Source of the DNA: Squalus acanthias
Lineage: Eukaryota
Assembly (NCBI GenBank): GCA_030390025.1
Contig: CM059431.1
Span: 135,162,001 to 135,226,000 of the forward strand
Length of the DNA: 64,000 nucleotides
Direction of reading: 5' to 3'
The first letter of the stretch is position 1, and every line of letters begins with the position of its first letter. The notes beneath the pieces were generated by a model. It did not search any database and was not told the DNA's origin. It saw only the letters and a list, made by a program, of their open reading frames with translations. Position numbers and translations under genes: made by a program. Positions 24,017-35,719 of this stretch are shown piece by piece.

Positions 24017-26003
24017 ATAGTGCAGTTTATGTTGTGTAAGTGGACTTTCAAAAGGCATTTGATAAAGTGCCACATATTAGACATGTTAGCAAGATTGAAG
24101 ACCATAGGACCAAAGGGGCTGTGGCAGCATGGATACAAAATTGGCTCGCAGAGAATAGTGGTGAATGGTTGTTTATTAGACTGGAGGAAAGAATACAGTT
24201 GTGTTCCCCAGGGGCCAGTATTGGGACCACTGCCTTTTTTTTAATATATATTTGTGAACTGGACATAGATATAGGGGGCATAATTTCAATGTTTGCAGAT
24301 GACACAAAGTTTGGAAATGCGGTAAACAGTGAGGAGGATAGTAGCAGACTTCAGGAGGACATTGACAGATTGGTGAAAGGCGCAGACACATGGCAGATAA
24401 CATTTAATGCAGAGAAGTGTGAAGTGATGTATTTTGGAAGGAAAAATGAGGAGAAGCAATATAAACTAAATGGAACAGAGAGACACGGGGGTTCATAGAT
24501 ACAAATCTTTGAAGGTGGCAGGACAAGTTGATAAGGCTGTTAAAAAAGCATACAGGATCCTTGGCTTTATAAACAGAGGCAGAGGGCAGAATTTTCATTG
24601 ACCCGTGGAGGCGGGTTTGGAGGCGTGTGGGGGGTTAAAATAGCAGATTCGGGGGTCCCGAACCCATACCGCCCCCAACCCGCCTCCATGCCAGTTTCAC
24701 AGGAGGCGGGTACCTGATCTGTGCTGGGACCCGCCTCCCCGAGACGGGAAGGGGATTAGTGCCAATAAACTGCCTGTTAACAGGTAGTTAACAGGCAGTT
24801 TTTTGCCTAATCCCTATTTTTAGCCCTGAAGTGTGGGCTTCCCGACAGGTCCGAACCGCGCCGATTTAGCGAGACGGACCGTCGGTCTAGAGGGCTTGGT
24901 GGGGTCGAGATGTCCGGTGTGCAGGTGAGTGATGGGTGCATGAGTGCAGAGGTAAGTGTGTTTGGTGTGTGTAAAGTGTTTTAAGAACTTGTACTTACCT
25001 TAACTTTGTGCTGCAGGCTTCCTTCCTTCAGTTCTCGGGAGTCCCTCAGCTCACCGGCACAGAAAGCAGAATGGCCGCGGAGCTGTCAAAAGCTGCAGTC
25101 TCTGCTTTCTGTGCGGGATTGATTTCTAACTGAGTCTAAGTACAGGGACTCATGTTAGAAATCATATTGTCAGTGTTTGACAGCTTCACAGAGCTGTCAA
25201 ACGCTGACATTTCATCTGTCAAAAGCTCTTGACAGATGAAATTTCAATGGCTGACGTCACCTGTATCCAAGGTACCCTTGATTGGCCTGCTAAGCCCGCT
25301 GGGCGGGCTTAACAAGGTCAATCAAGGGAAAATACAATGGGTTGGCCACAAGTTGATGGAGGCGGGACTACAACCCAAAAAGTGGGAGTCCCGCCTCCAT
25401 CACGTCCCCATTGACAAAATCCAGCCCATAGAGTACAAAAGCAAGTAAGTTGTGATAAACCTTTATAAATCAGGCCTCAGCTACAGTAATGTGCCCAATT
25501 CTGGGCACCACACTTTAAAGGATGTCAAAGCCTTGGAAAGCGTGCAGAGATTTACCAGAATTGGACCAGGAATGAGAGACTTCAGTTATGTGAATAGACT
25601 AGATAAACTGGGATTATTCTCCTGAGAGCAAAGGGGAGATTTGAAAGAAGTGTTTAAAATTATGAGGGGTTTTGATAACATAGATAGGGAGAAACTGTTT
25701 CCACTGGCAGGAGAGTCTGCAACCAGAGGGAACAGATTTAAGGTAATTGGCAAAACATCCTGCGGGGACATGAAGGGAATTTTTTTTACGCAACGACTTG
25801 TTATGATCTGGAATACACCACCTGAAAAGGTGGAGAACCAGATTCAATAACAACTTTTAGAAGGGAATTGGATATATACTTGGAAAGGAGAAATTGGCAG
25901 GGCAATGGGCAAAGAGCAGGGGAGTGGGATTAATTGTATAGCTCTTCAAAAAAGCTGGCACAGAAATGATGGGCTGAATGGCCTCCTTCTGTGCCGATTC
26001 TAT
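24017..26003 (+). mobile_element. Decayed CR1 3' fragment with nested MITE
   Basis: RT ORFs 24040-24498 and 25641-25850; tail GATTCTATG continues after 27746. Confidence 0.88.
24584..25427. mobile_element. Harbinger-type MITE (family B)
   Basis: GGGCAGAATTTTCA / GACAAAATCCAGCCC termini; flanks AGA/ATA; CR1 colinear across it; internal hairpin ~25210-25243. Confidence 0.78.
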
Positions 26004-27746
26004 GGCTGAGATTTTCCTTACCTGGGCGGGTCTGGGGCGGGCGATGTCGGTGGCGGGGCACGGCCTCGCTGCTGGCTCCATCCCGCTCTGGAAAATGAAT
26101 TTACCTTAATGGGGCTTGTTAGGCCCACCCAGCGTGTTTCCCGGCCCAATTAGAAGGAGCTGGTCTGGTGATGTCATTCATGATGTGTCTTGAGCCGGTT
26201 TCCTTAAAGGGACCATGACCACCTTACTTTTGACGTTTATGCTATCAGTGTTCTAAAGCATTGAAGTACTGCAAACACTGGCAATCACTGCACAGAGGTG
26301 CAGGGCTGCACCCAGGTTCTCCCATGACATATGGAGGGAGTTACAGCACGCAGGGAGGTCCTGTTTCCTTCCAAAGGGTGGAAGAGACCTCCCCAGGAGA
26401 CCAATACAGCCTGGTTGCACATTGCGCTGGAGGACACAAGCAGGGATGTGTTCAGGAGTACCTGGGTGCAGTGGCGCAAACGTTTCAATTATCTCATTAG
26501 ATCACATAACGTGAGTACAAAGCCACACTCACCTTCATCCTCCTGTGCCTCTCATCACATCCCCATCACTTTGCCTTTCCTATCCTACTCCTGCACATCC
26601 TTACACACACCAACATACCTTGCACCTCCACCCATCCCTCTCTCTCTAGCTACATTATCACATCCCCATCTCACTAGCCACCCCACACTCACCCTCATCC
26701 TAGTGCAATCATACCAACTAACAACATACAAGGGTAGCCACTTGGGTGTTTTATCCAATGTTCATGTAAAGTTTCTGTTAATGTGCGGTCAAACATTGAA
26801 ACCTTTATTTTGAACACTTTACATTCTGGGACAGATTTGTGTGCACCTTTGGAAGTGGCTTAGTGAGTTGCAGTGAATGGTGAGACATAACGGTACCCCC
26901 CGCAATGGTGGTGAGTGTGAAAGGAATGGCTTGGACATTGTAGGGATGCTTTATGGTGTTGGTGTGGGATGATGCCAATCTGGTGCATCATGTGGCAGCC
27001 AGGGTGCTCAGCATCAAGTTAAGTAAATCTGGCCATCGTGAGGCCATCCCTGGCCTCCCAGGCAGCAATGTGCTCAGGTGCTGATGCCCTGTGTCCTGTG
27101 CAGCATCTGGTGATTGCAGAGAAGTTTGGTGTTGTTGTTGATGCTGCTGGTGTGCCTGGTGCTGCTGGTGTTGGGGCTGCTCGTGGTTGGATTCTGAGGA
27201 CCAAGGTGAGACAGTATAAAGGGCACCCATGTTGATGGAATAGATGGCAGGTGAAGTAGAGATGACAGAAGCAATCTGTCAATGGTGAAAGAGTTATTCC
27301 AATGAGGTGACACTGGATGGAGAGTGGAAAGTGGAAAGCCTGCAGAGTCTGTGCTGGAAATGGACTGAGAAACAGCTTCTGCCTGAGGAAAGTGATCACC
27401 TGTCAGGTGGGAGCTTTTACTGTACATTTGAAGCTGTCAAGTAATCAGCTGGAGCAATGGCCACTGAACTCCCGCCTCAGCTTGTCAGCCATGGTCCCCA
27501 AACAGTGTGGTTGCCGTGGTCATGCAGTTAAAGTCAAAAGGTAAGTTAAAAAAGCCTGTTAAGCATCTATCAACTAACTGCTAATGAATTTAATTGGGTC
27601 ACCCGCCGCTGCTGGTTGGGCCTGCTCAGTGTTGACAGACCCGACATTGGGAAAGGTGCGTTGCCAACCCACTGTCAAAAAAAATATTTTTTCCCACCTG
27701 ACCTGCCACCGATTCCACTCGCTAACCCCCAGCAAAATCTCGGCCA
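26004..27746 (+). mobile_element. Internally deleted Harbinger derivative (Myb/SANT exon 1 on +, transposase N-terminus on -)
   Basis: TIR GGCTGAGATTTT / AAAATCTCGGCC; TSD TAT; RREVLFPS..AWLHIA..RSTWVQWRKRFNYL followed by GTGAGT; Q/H-rich ORF 26988-27230 (-). Confidence 0.85.
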
Positions 27747-28424
27747 TATGATTCTTTGAAATTAAAAAAAAACTTTTTCTCAGCAAAATTAAATAAATTT
27801 GTGTTAAGGAGTAACACTTTGAACAATTTGCACTATGAGCAGGATCATAGTTCAAATCCTGCTAGAGACTGTATTTGCATTGACAGCAGTATTTTCCAAC
27901 CAAAAATAAAAACATCAGGTTTCATTGTGTGTAACAAATAACCATCATAAAGGGGTTTCTTCTCAGTAGGCACTAATAATCATGCTTGGCTTAATAGGAA
28001 TCTGCATTTAATCATTAAATCCAACTTCTAGGGATTGATTGTTTAAGCAAACAACATTTAAGTGCTTGGGAGATGTTTTCTGTTGTGCGTTTACAGATAA
28101 CCAAAACAGTGGTTATATCCATAGTATTGATTGTTTAATAAAGGTCATAGAATGAGAAAATCCTGTACAAACTAATAATGCTTCAGTCAATCATCTTATG
28201 TATTTGGAGAGCTAATGTTAAATTATTACATTTCATTTTTATTTTTTTAAAACCTAAAATATAAAATGGTAATTAAAAAAAAAATTCTGACTTTCAAATT
28301 ATAAAATTAATATGGCTCTTCACAGAAGTTAATAAGGACATTTGAACCCATCCCCATATATACACAGTAAAATTATAAATCTAAATACTTAGCCTTTTTG
28401 CTACTGTTAATGTCGGTAATCTTT

Positions 28425-28538
28425 GGAGTTAATTTTGCCTTTGGGAGATATCAATTCAGCCGCCCAGTGGAAATGAAAAACGGCAGCTGAATCAATATCG
28501 CCCGTTTTACAGTATCATTCAAAGTCAAAATTACCCAC
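28425..28538. mobile_element. Very small MITE (~114 bp)
   Basis: GGAGTTAATTTTGCCTTTG / CAAAGTCAAAATTACCCAC; flanks TTT/TTT; internal imperfect hairpin. Confidence 0.5.
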
Positions 28539-28824
28539 TTTATATTTTGTTACTTTATTATAGATTCAGTACAGTTCATTGCAATTGCAGGGTAAATTCT
28601 CCAATCCTGTGCTCACAGTGGGGAACCATGCTTGAAGGGAGCATGAACTGGAGAACTGGCACTGCAGTGTTGTAACCCTGGGTGAATTTTAACTTTTGGG
28701 AGGCTGACCAGTGGAGCAGAGGAAGCTAAATATAACTTATGCTATACCAGACTTGCAAGTGATTAACGGTGACATGGGATCTGCTCTTTCTTACCACTAG
28801 TGGGGTCAGGGTAAGGAAGACAAT

Positions 28825-29583
28825 GGGGGAAATTTTAACCCCCAAAAACGGGTGTGTATGGGTTGGGTGGCATGTAAAAATGTAAAAAATCTGAAACCCA
28901 CCTTCATCCTGCCCACTTGCAGTTTTAATGGAGGCGGGACAGGGGGACAAGTAACCAACCCACTCACAGGAGTCCAACTGTATTTCCCGGGGTTTGGGAA
29001 ACCCGTCGGCTAAAGGGAAGCGAGGTCTGCAGGATCCAGGAGGTAAGTGCCTTTCCACTTACCTGCTGGATGCAGTTTATCTGCTTCACCCACCCCCCCG
29101 TGATCGGACACCACCCGACCTTTCCAATCTCCCCCTGACTCTTCCGATCTCCCCCCTGAGGCCCTTCCGATCTACCCCCATTATGGACCCTTCCAATCTC
29201 CTCTCCTAAGGCCCTTCCAATCTCCCCCGAAACCAACCCTTCCGATCTCCCCCCCTCCGAGGCCCAGAGGCTCCGGTCTTCCCCCTCCCCCCGGCTTCTG
29301 ATCTCCTCCACCACCGACTCTTTCCGATCTCTGTCTGTGGCCCCCGATCCCTCCCTCTCTCCCCTCTGCTCCCTGACTGCAGGCCTGGTGCCGAAGGCCT
29401 ACCCGCCCGACAGCTAGCCAGCCATTCAATCTGGCTGGCTGCGGCCGGGAAACGGAGACGAAAAATGCTAATCAGGTCCTGCCGTTAAATTCAGCAGGAC
29501 AGGAGGGAAACCTGTTCTTCTGGGTTTCCCAACCTCATATCAGTCCCCCGCTCCCTCCCTGCCTCCGAGCTAATATCCAGCCA
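28825..29583 (+). mobile_element. Harbinger-type MITE (family C)
   Basis: GGGGGAAATTTT / AATATCCAGCCA; TSD AAT; inverted relative at 43274-45178; C-rich CCGATCT-type repeats inside. Confidence 0.78.
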
Positions 29584-29756
29584 AATGACTTTTTCACTAT
29601 TACTAAATGTTCTTAGCCTTTCACACACTGTTAATTCTATTTAATAGTAGAATAAATGGAATAGAATTTTATCACATTAACATAGTTTTAAATCAATAAA
29701 GCTCAACCTATACATCAAAGTTGTTTTATTTATGATATTTCTTTAAAAATGGTAAC

Positions 29757-30252
29757 TTGGCTGCCCGTGTCCTAACTTGCACCAACTCCCGTTCACCCAT
29801 CACCCCTGTGCTCGCTGACCTACATTGTCTCCCAGTTAAGCAGCGCCTCGATTTCAAAATTCTCATCCTTGTTTTCAAATCCCTCCATGACCTCGTCCCT
29901 CCCTATCTCTGTAATCTCCTTCAGCCCCAGAACCCCCCAAGATATCTGCGCTCCTCAAATTCTGCCCTCTTGAGCATCCCTGATTATAATCGCTCAACCA
30001 TCAGTGGCTGTGCCTTCAGCTGCCTCGGCCCTAGGCTCTGTAACTCCCTCCCTAAACCTCCCCACCTCTCCACCTCTCTTTCCTCCTTTAGGACGCTCCT
30101 TAAAACCTACCTCTTTGACCAAGCTTTTGGTCACCTACCCTAATTTCTTATGTGGCTCGGTGTCAATCTTTTTGTCTGAACATTCCTGTGAAGCGCCTTG
30201 GGACGTTTTACTACGTTGAAGGCGCGATATAAATACAAGTTGTTGTTGTTGT
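29757..30252 (+). mobile_element. L2 LINE 3' fragment
   Basis: AARVLT..SPITPVLADLHCLPVKQRLDFKILILVFK..LKTYLF; tail TATAAATACAAG(TTG)n. Confidence 0.9.
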
Positions 30253-30440
30253 TCTATATTCTCTGTGGCAATATTGAAATACTAGAATTCAAATTTTAAA
30301 ACAAATGATAATCAGTATCATATTGATAACAGTCACTTTGTGGTAATTTTATTTACAAATAAAAGAATTTATAAAAGAAAAGTTATGTGAGACATTGAGA
30401 AGAAATTATCAATATTTCGCCCTCTCCCCTTTATATATAG

Positions 30441-30513
30441 GTGTGTAAGCTATCAGATGCATTAATATTTATTGACTTAGAATGGATTCAATTGCCAGGT
30501 ATATTTCAGCCTG
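30441..30513 (+). other. Candidate host exon (unidentified)
   Basis: Pyrimidine tract + TAG acceptor, CTG|GTAAGT donor, open frame VCKLSDALIFIDLEWIQLPGIFQP, in non-repetitive AT-rich DNA; protein not recognised. Confidence 0.3.
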
Positions 30514-31243
30514 GTAAGTACAGCTGACTGCATTAGAGAGAAATCCAGAATATAAAAGGTCAGATATGTTTTACCTCATCAAAAATGTTCTACTCCTGTT
30601 AATCTACGAAATCTGACACTTGTTAAATTCCAAAATGCAACTAGTTGCATGAGTCTTATCACAGCTTCAGAGGCAGTCATGGGTTATTTTCCTGTTGTTA
30701 GACCATAGTATTTTGAAAAGGAATGAGGTAAATTCGGTAATTCATTATATTTAGTGAATGCAGATGATTATGCATTTTCCAGACTATTGCTTTGAAGCTA
30801 TTGAAACGCAAACCAGAATCTATAGGATAAACAAGTCTACATTTATCATTTGTAACTTTATTATTCTATATAACCTAACAGACATCTTTAAAATTCTCAT
30901 TTGTGCCTCAAAGATAGAATTTTTTTGGTAGTGGAGGTTGTCAGCTCTTTTAGAGATTTCTTTTGTATAAATTGGCCTTTTGTCTTTATGAAAATGATAC
31001 ATTAGGTGGTTCCCCTCCCCACAAAGGTAATGAAATAGTATCCATCATAATGTATAGAAACATACAAAATAATACATATTTCTTGGAGGCAAAAAGGATT
31101 GCGCTCACTGCATAGATTGTGCGTGCTCCTTACCAAATCTCCACAACCTATGTCCTTTAAATCCAACAAAATAATTTTCCTTGAGTTTGAGGAATTGACA
31201 TCTCAGCTTTCTTCTATACTGAATAACGACATGTCAGACTAAT

Positions 31244-31420
31244 CCCCCTTTGTTCTTTTATCCCCTCCCCCTTTTCCCAGCTTTACTCTGGCCTTAAATC
31301 TATCTGATTTCCGGCTCTTCACAGTTCTGACGAAAGGTCATCGACCTGAAACGTTAACTCTCTTTCTCTCTCCACGGATGCTGCCTGGCCTGCTGAGTTT
31401 TTCCAGCGTTTTCTGTTGTT
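31244..31420 (+). mobile_element. Solo Penelope pLTR fragment with TSD
   Basis: 13-bp TSD ATGTCAGACTAAT (31231-31243, 31421-31433); homologous to 3292-3400 and 23455-23637. Confidence 0.85.
31323..31359 (+). ncRNA. Minimal type I hammerhead ribozyme motif
   Basis: AGTT-CTGACGA-A-AGGTC-ATC-GACCT-GAAA-CGTT-AACT; intact core, perfect stem II, palindromic AACGTT. Confidence 0.82.
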
Positions 31421-31549
31421 ATGTCAGACTAATTGTTTCATGTATTTAAAAATAATTGTTCCATAAAACTTTAACAGAAGTAGATGAGCAGCGGGGCTTG
31501 TGGAGATCTTTTAAAGTGGAATGACAAGTTGACAATGCTGAAACATAAC

Positions 31550-32303
31550 GGGACAGAAATTCGGGTCCCCACGGGTGAGTACGCGCTGTGTACTCACCCG
31601 TAGGGCCACCGGAAGTGCCGGTTTCGCGCATGCACAGGAAACCAGAACTTCCGGTCTCGTGAAGGAAGGGGTTCGCGGGTCAACCGTGTGCGCGGGAGAG
31701 GCAGCACGCACGCAGCGAACTTCGGCTTTTTTTTACAGGTTTCTCCGTGCGGGTCAGTCCCTGGCAGCTGCGCGGGGGAAAAGCAGGCGCAAGGCCTGCT
31801 TTTAACAAGGTAAGTGGTGAATTAAGTAAAATTAAAACATTTTTTCCACAGGTTTATTATTTTTAAATACTTTAAAGAAAGGTAAGTTTATTTTTAGCCC
31901 CGTTAAAAACTGTAATTAATTTTTTCAAAAATTTAAATTATTGTTTAAAATAGTTATTTTATGTAATTTATAGTTATTTTAAAAATGTGATGTTTTAAAA
32001 AAATGTATTTGAAGTTTTAGTTAGGTTTTGGGGCCGATCTCTATTCATAGATTTGACAGGTCTTCCTGTCAAATCTATGAATGGAGATTCCCTGCTCCGA
32101 TTGGCTCCCCATGACCCACGTGATCCCAGGGGATGCTTCGAACTAACTGCGCCCCTGGGATACGCAAGCACTGCGCGCCGGCAGCTGCAGGAGGCCCAGG
32201 AGCCGAATTCCACGCGGGCCCACAGCACAACGGCAGGTGTGCTAGGTAAGTGCACCCGCTATGCTTGCACCCGTGGGAAGCCTCCAACCCGAATTTCTGG
32301 CCC
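31550..32303 (+). mobile_element. Harbinger-type MITE (family D)
   Basis: TIR GGGACAGAAATTCGGGT / ACCCGAATTTCTGGCCC; TSD AAC; copies at 35200 and 49847. Confidence 0.88.
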
Positions 32304-32306
32304 AAC

Positions 32307-32890
32307 ATATGGAATCCTAGGTTAATAAATCGAGCACATAGTACAAAAGCAAAGAGGTAGTTTTAAACTTATACAAATCATTTGTTAGGCTCCAGTTAGA
32401 ATAGGGTGAGCAGTTTAGGAAGGATGTCAAGGCCATGGACAGGGTGCAGAAGATGAAACCAGGAATGAGAGGCTTTAGTTATGAGGAGAGATGCGAGGCA
32501 CTGGCGCGGTTTTCATTATAACAGAGAAGGTTAAAGAGGAGATCTGATAGAGGCGTTCAAAATTTTAAGGAGTTTTGATAAGATAAATACAGAAAAACAA
32601 TGTTGGTGAATCAGTAACTAGAGTCCAGAAATGTAAGATCATTACCAAAAGATCAAATTAAGAGGTTATGAATTTTTGTCATGCAGGGGTTATTGGGACA
32701 TGGAATACCCCACCAGAAACAGTGGTGGAACCAGAAGCCATGATAGAGCTTTTAAAAGGTAAGTATATAAATATTTAAAAAAGAAAAAAAGAAAAGGATA
32801 CGGGGAAAAGATTGAGGAATTGAACACCAAGTACAAGTGTGATGGGCCAAATGGCCTCATTCTGTGCTGCAAAGTTCTGTGATTCTATGC
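32307..32890 (+). mobile_element. Old CR1 3' fragment
   Basis: Degenerate ORF2 C-terminus and 3' UTR ending in GATTCTATG. Confidence 0.7.
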
Positions 32891-33233
32891 ATTGAACTGC
32901 ATGTTTGCTATTGGTGCAGCATGATCTGCCTTTAACTTCTTTAGTGATTAGGGAGTATATTTTCCACCCGTTCATTATTTAAAGTAAAAAAGTAGAAAGG
33001 AGTTTACTTTATTTTTGCGTCTCTTGCTGATCTGGTACCCGATCTGAATATTTAACGAAGGTGTCCGTGGTGCCTGCAATCTATAATTGCAGTTGGCAGG
33101 AAAGGGCCGGAGGCCAGAGGGTAAGTCTCCTACTCCATTTAATTGCAAAACTCCCGCGCGTTCTGTGGAAGTTTTTCACATGACACACCTACACGCACAT
33201 GGAAAATAGGTTGGTATACTATTTTACAGTCAA

Positions 33234-33712
33234 GCCCTGATTTTAACTTGGGGCAGGATCAGTCAAGTGGGGGTTGAGGCAGCTGGGAAACCATCCTAAA
33301 CTTGATGGCATGAGATCTTGGAGATTCTAACTTCCAGGCCTCATCTACATAGCCTATCAGTCTCCCGCTCAAAAAACGGCAGGAAGTGGCAGCGGGCAGG
33401 AGCACAATATCGGGCGGAAGTTGGCCTACGCCATGGACTGATGGAAAGGTCCACAGTATTCTGGCAAGTCGCTGGGAGAGAATTGGATGGGTCTTGTATT
33501 CAAGGGATGGTGGGGAAGCCCGGGGCAGTGCAGGCCAACGCATTCCTTCTCAAGCCCAGAGGAGCAGTCCTGCTTCTCCTGGCCCAACAAGAAGTCAAAA
33601 AAAGTATACAAACTGACCCGTATTGGCCTCTTCTGGCCCCAACTCCTCTTTCCACTAGTTTGGCCTGGCAGGAAAGGCACAACAGCTTAGAAGAACAGGT
33701 TAAAATTGGAAA
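33234..33712. mobile_element. Old Harbinger-type MITE (diverged)
   Basis: GCCCTGATTTTAAC / GTTAAAATTGGAAAC-like ends; internal similarity to 45884-46500 (CTCCTGGCCC..AAG). Confidence 0.4.
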
Positions 33713-33954
33713 CTGTGGGATTGGTGTAGGATACCAGCAGAGGCATGGCACTCATAATCTGAGGACAGGGGAATAACTAATGGAATTTCATACCCTCAAG
33801 AAAGATAAAAATGCTGGCAGTGATATAAAATGCTAATTGATTCTTAGGGTCCTGATAGCGTTGAATACTGCCCCCACAGTTCACTTACTGCCAGTCAACT
33901 ACTGTTCTGTACACATTTCATATGAATGTATGCACGTCAGCCCAAAAGTAAGTA

Positions 33955-34344
33955 AGAAAGAATATAGTGCCTTTCACGACCTCAGAATGTCCCAATTCAC
34001 TTTACAGCCAATTAAATATTTTTGAAGTGTCGTCACTGTTGTAATGTCGGAAAAACGGCAGCCAAATTGAGCACAGCAAGGTCCCATAAACAGCAATGAG
34101 ATAATGAGCAGATGACCTGTTTCAGTGATGTTGATTGAGAGATAGGTCAGGATAACTCCCCATCTCTTCTTTCAATACTGTCATGGGATCTTTTATGTCC
34201 ACCTGAGAGAGAAGATGGGGCCTCGGTTGAATGTCTCATGCAAAAGACGGCACTTCCGACAGCGCAGTGCTCCCTGAGTACTGCACTGGAGTGTCAAGTC
34301 CCTGGAGTAGGTGAGAGTGCTACCATTGAGCCCAGGCTGACACA
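33955..34344 (-). mobile_element. Deu-domain SINE (SacSINE1-like)
   Basis: Homologous to 3513-3920 and 42781-43120. Confidence 0.78.
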
Positions 34345-34887
34345 GAATTGTTACCATAGTAGCTAGCCTAGCTGTTGTCTCTTTTATGGATAATGCCCAC
34401 AGTTACAAAGGCAGTGGTAGGTCACTGAAATAATATTGAATATGCAAATAGTGAGTGCACTTTAGTACCCGATTTGCCATTTTACCTATTGTATGTGGGA
34501 AGGTGGATGCAGCAACTGCTGATAATAAAAAGAAATTCAGGAAGAATAGAACTTACCATGTTTTGAATTTGAACCTTTAATCTTGCAGCATGGTACCTTT
34601 GAGGAGCTATGCGAGTGCTTCAGTGCTACAATTATTTTAAATATTTGTGCATAATGAAGTTTCCGTTTCCTGTTCTGCGAGCAACTTTTTGGTGGCATAG
34701 GCTGGGGAAAATGACTTTTAAAAATACATTTTAATAATTGAATCCTATCTCTGAAGAAACAAAAGTCTTTTTTTAAATATTTTATATATTGAAAAATTGA
34801 AGTTCTCCTATCCTAAAAGAAATCAACCCCACCTTTAGCAGACTCACTCTGTATCCAGATACTGAGATCGCAGACTTTAACCCCAGC

Positions 34888-34975
34888 TTCCTCTCTCCAC
34901 AGATGCTGCCTGACTGCTGAGTATTTCCAGCATTTTATATTTTTATTTCAGATCTCCAGCATTTTGCTTTTTGTT
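34888..34975 (+). mobile_element. Penelope pLTR remnant
   Basis: CTCTCCACAGATGCTGCCTGACTGCTGAGTATTTCCAGCATTTT matches the other pLTRs. Confidence 0.7.
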
Positions 34976-35199
34976 TAAATTTCATGTAAAAAATATATGT
35001 ATTCAGCTTAGAATGCTCTTCAAAAATACAAATGTAAAATAATGAAAAAGATAAGATTGTGAGTCACATCAAAGCTGAGGCTTGGGTCCGGATATTAATG
35101 TGAAGGTGGCTTCCTAGCGGAGGGCTGGAATTGTGTGGACGAAACCCGGAAGTCAAGTCAGCCGGTCAGAATCTGCGATCGCAACTGCTTTAAAGTAAT

Positions 35200-35719
35200 G
35201 GGCCAAAAATTCGGCACTTGCCGGGTGAGTACGCGCTGTGTACTCACCCGTGAGGCCTCCTGAAGTGCCGGTTTCCTGCATGTACTGCACATGCGCGGGA
35301 AACCGGAACTTCTGGTCTCATGAAGGGAGGGGTTGAGAGGTGAACCGCATGCGCGGGAGAGGCTGCGCGCACGCAGCGAACTTAGGTTTTTTTTCAGGTT
35401 TCTCCAGGAAGGTCAGTATGGAAGAAGCTGCACTTTTAAAAAGGAGGCGCAAGACCTGTTTTTAACAAGGTAAGTGGTTAATTAATTACAATTTAAAAAT
35501 GTTTTCAACAGGTTTATCTTTTTTAGATACTTTAAAGAAAGGTAAGTTTATTTTTAGCACTGTTAAAAAGTATTTTAATTTGTTAAAAAATTTTAATTTT
35601 TGTTTAAAGTAGTTAATTTATTTAACTTATAGTTATTTTAAAAATGTGATGGTTTATTAAAAAATTTATTTGAAGTTTAAGTGTTGTTTTGGGGCTGATT
35701 TCAATTCATAGATTTGACA
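35200..35719 (+). mobile_element. Truncated MITE family D copy
   Basis: Left TIR GGGCCAAAAATTCGG; near-identical to the reverse complement of ~50088-50604; stops inside the internal palindrome. Confidence 0.85.
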
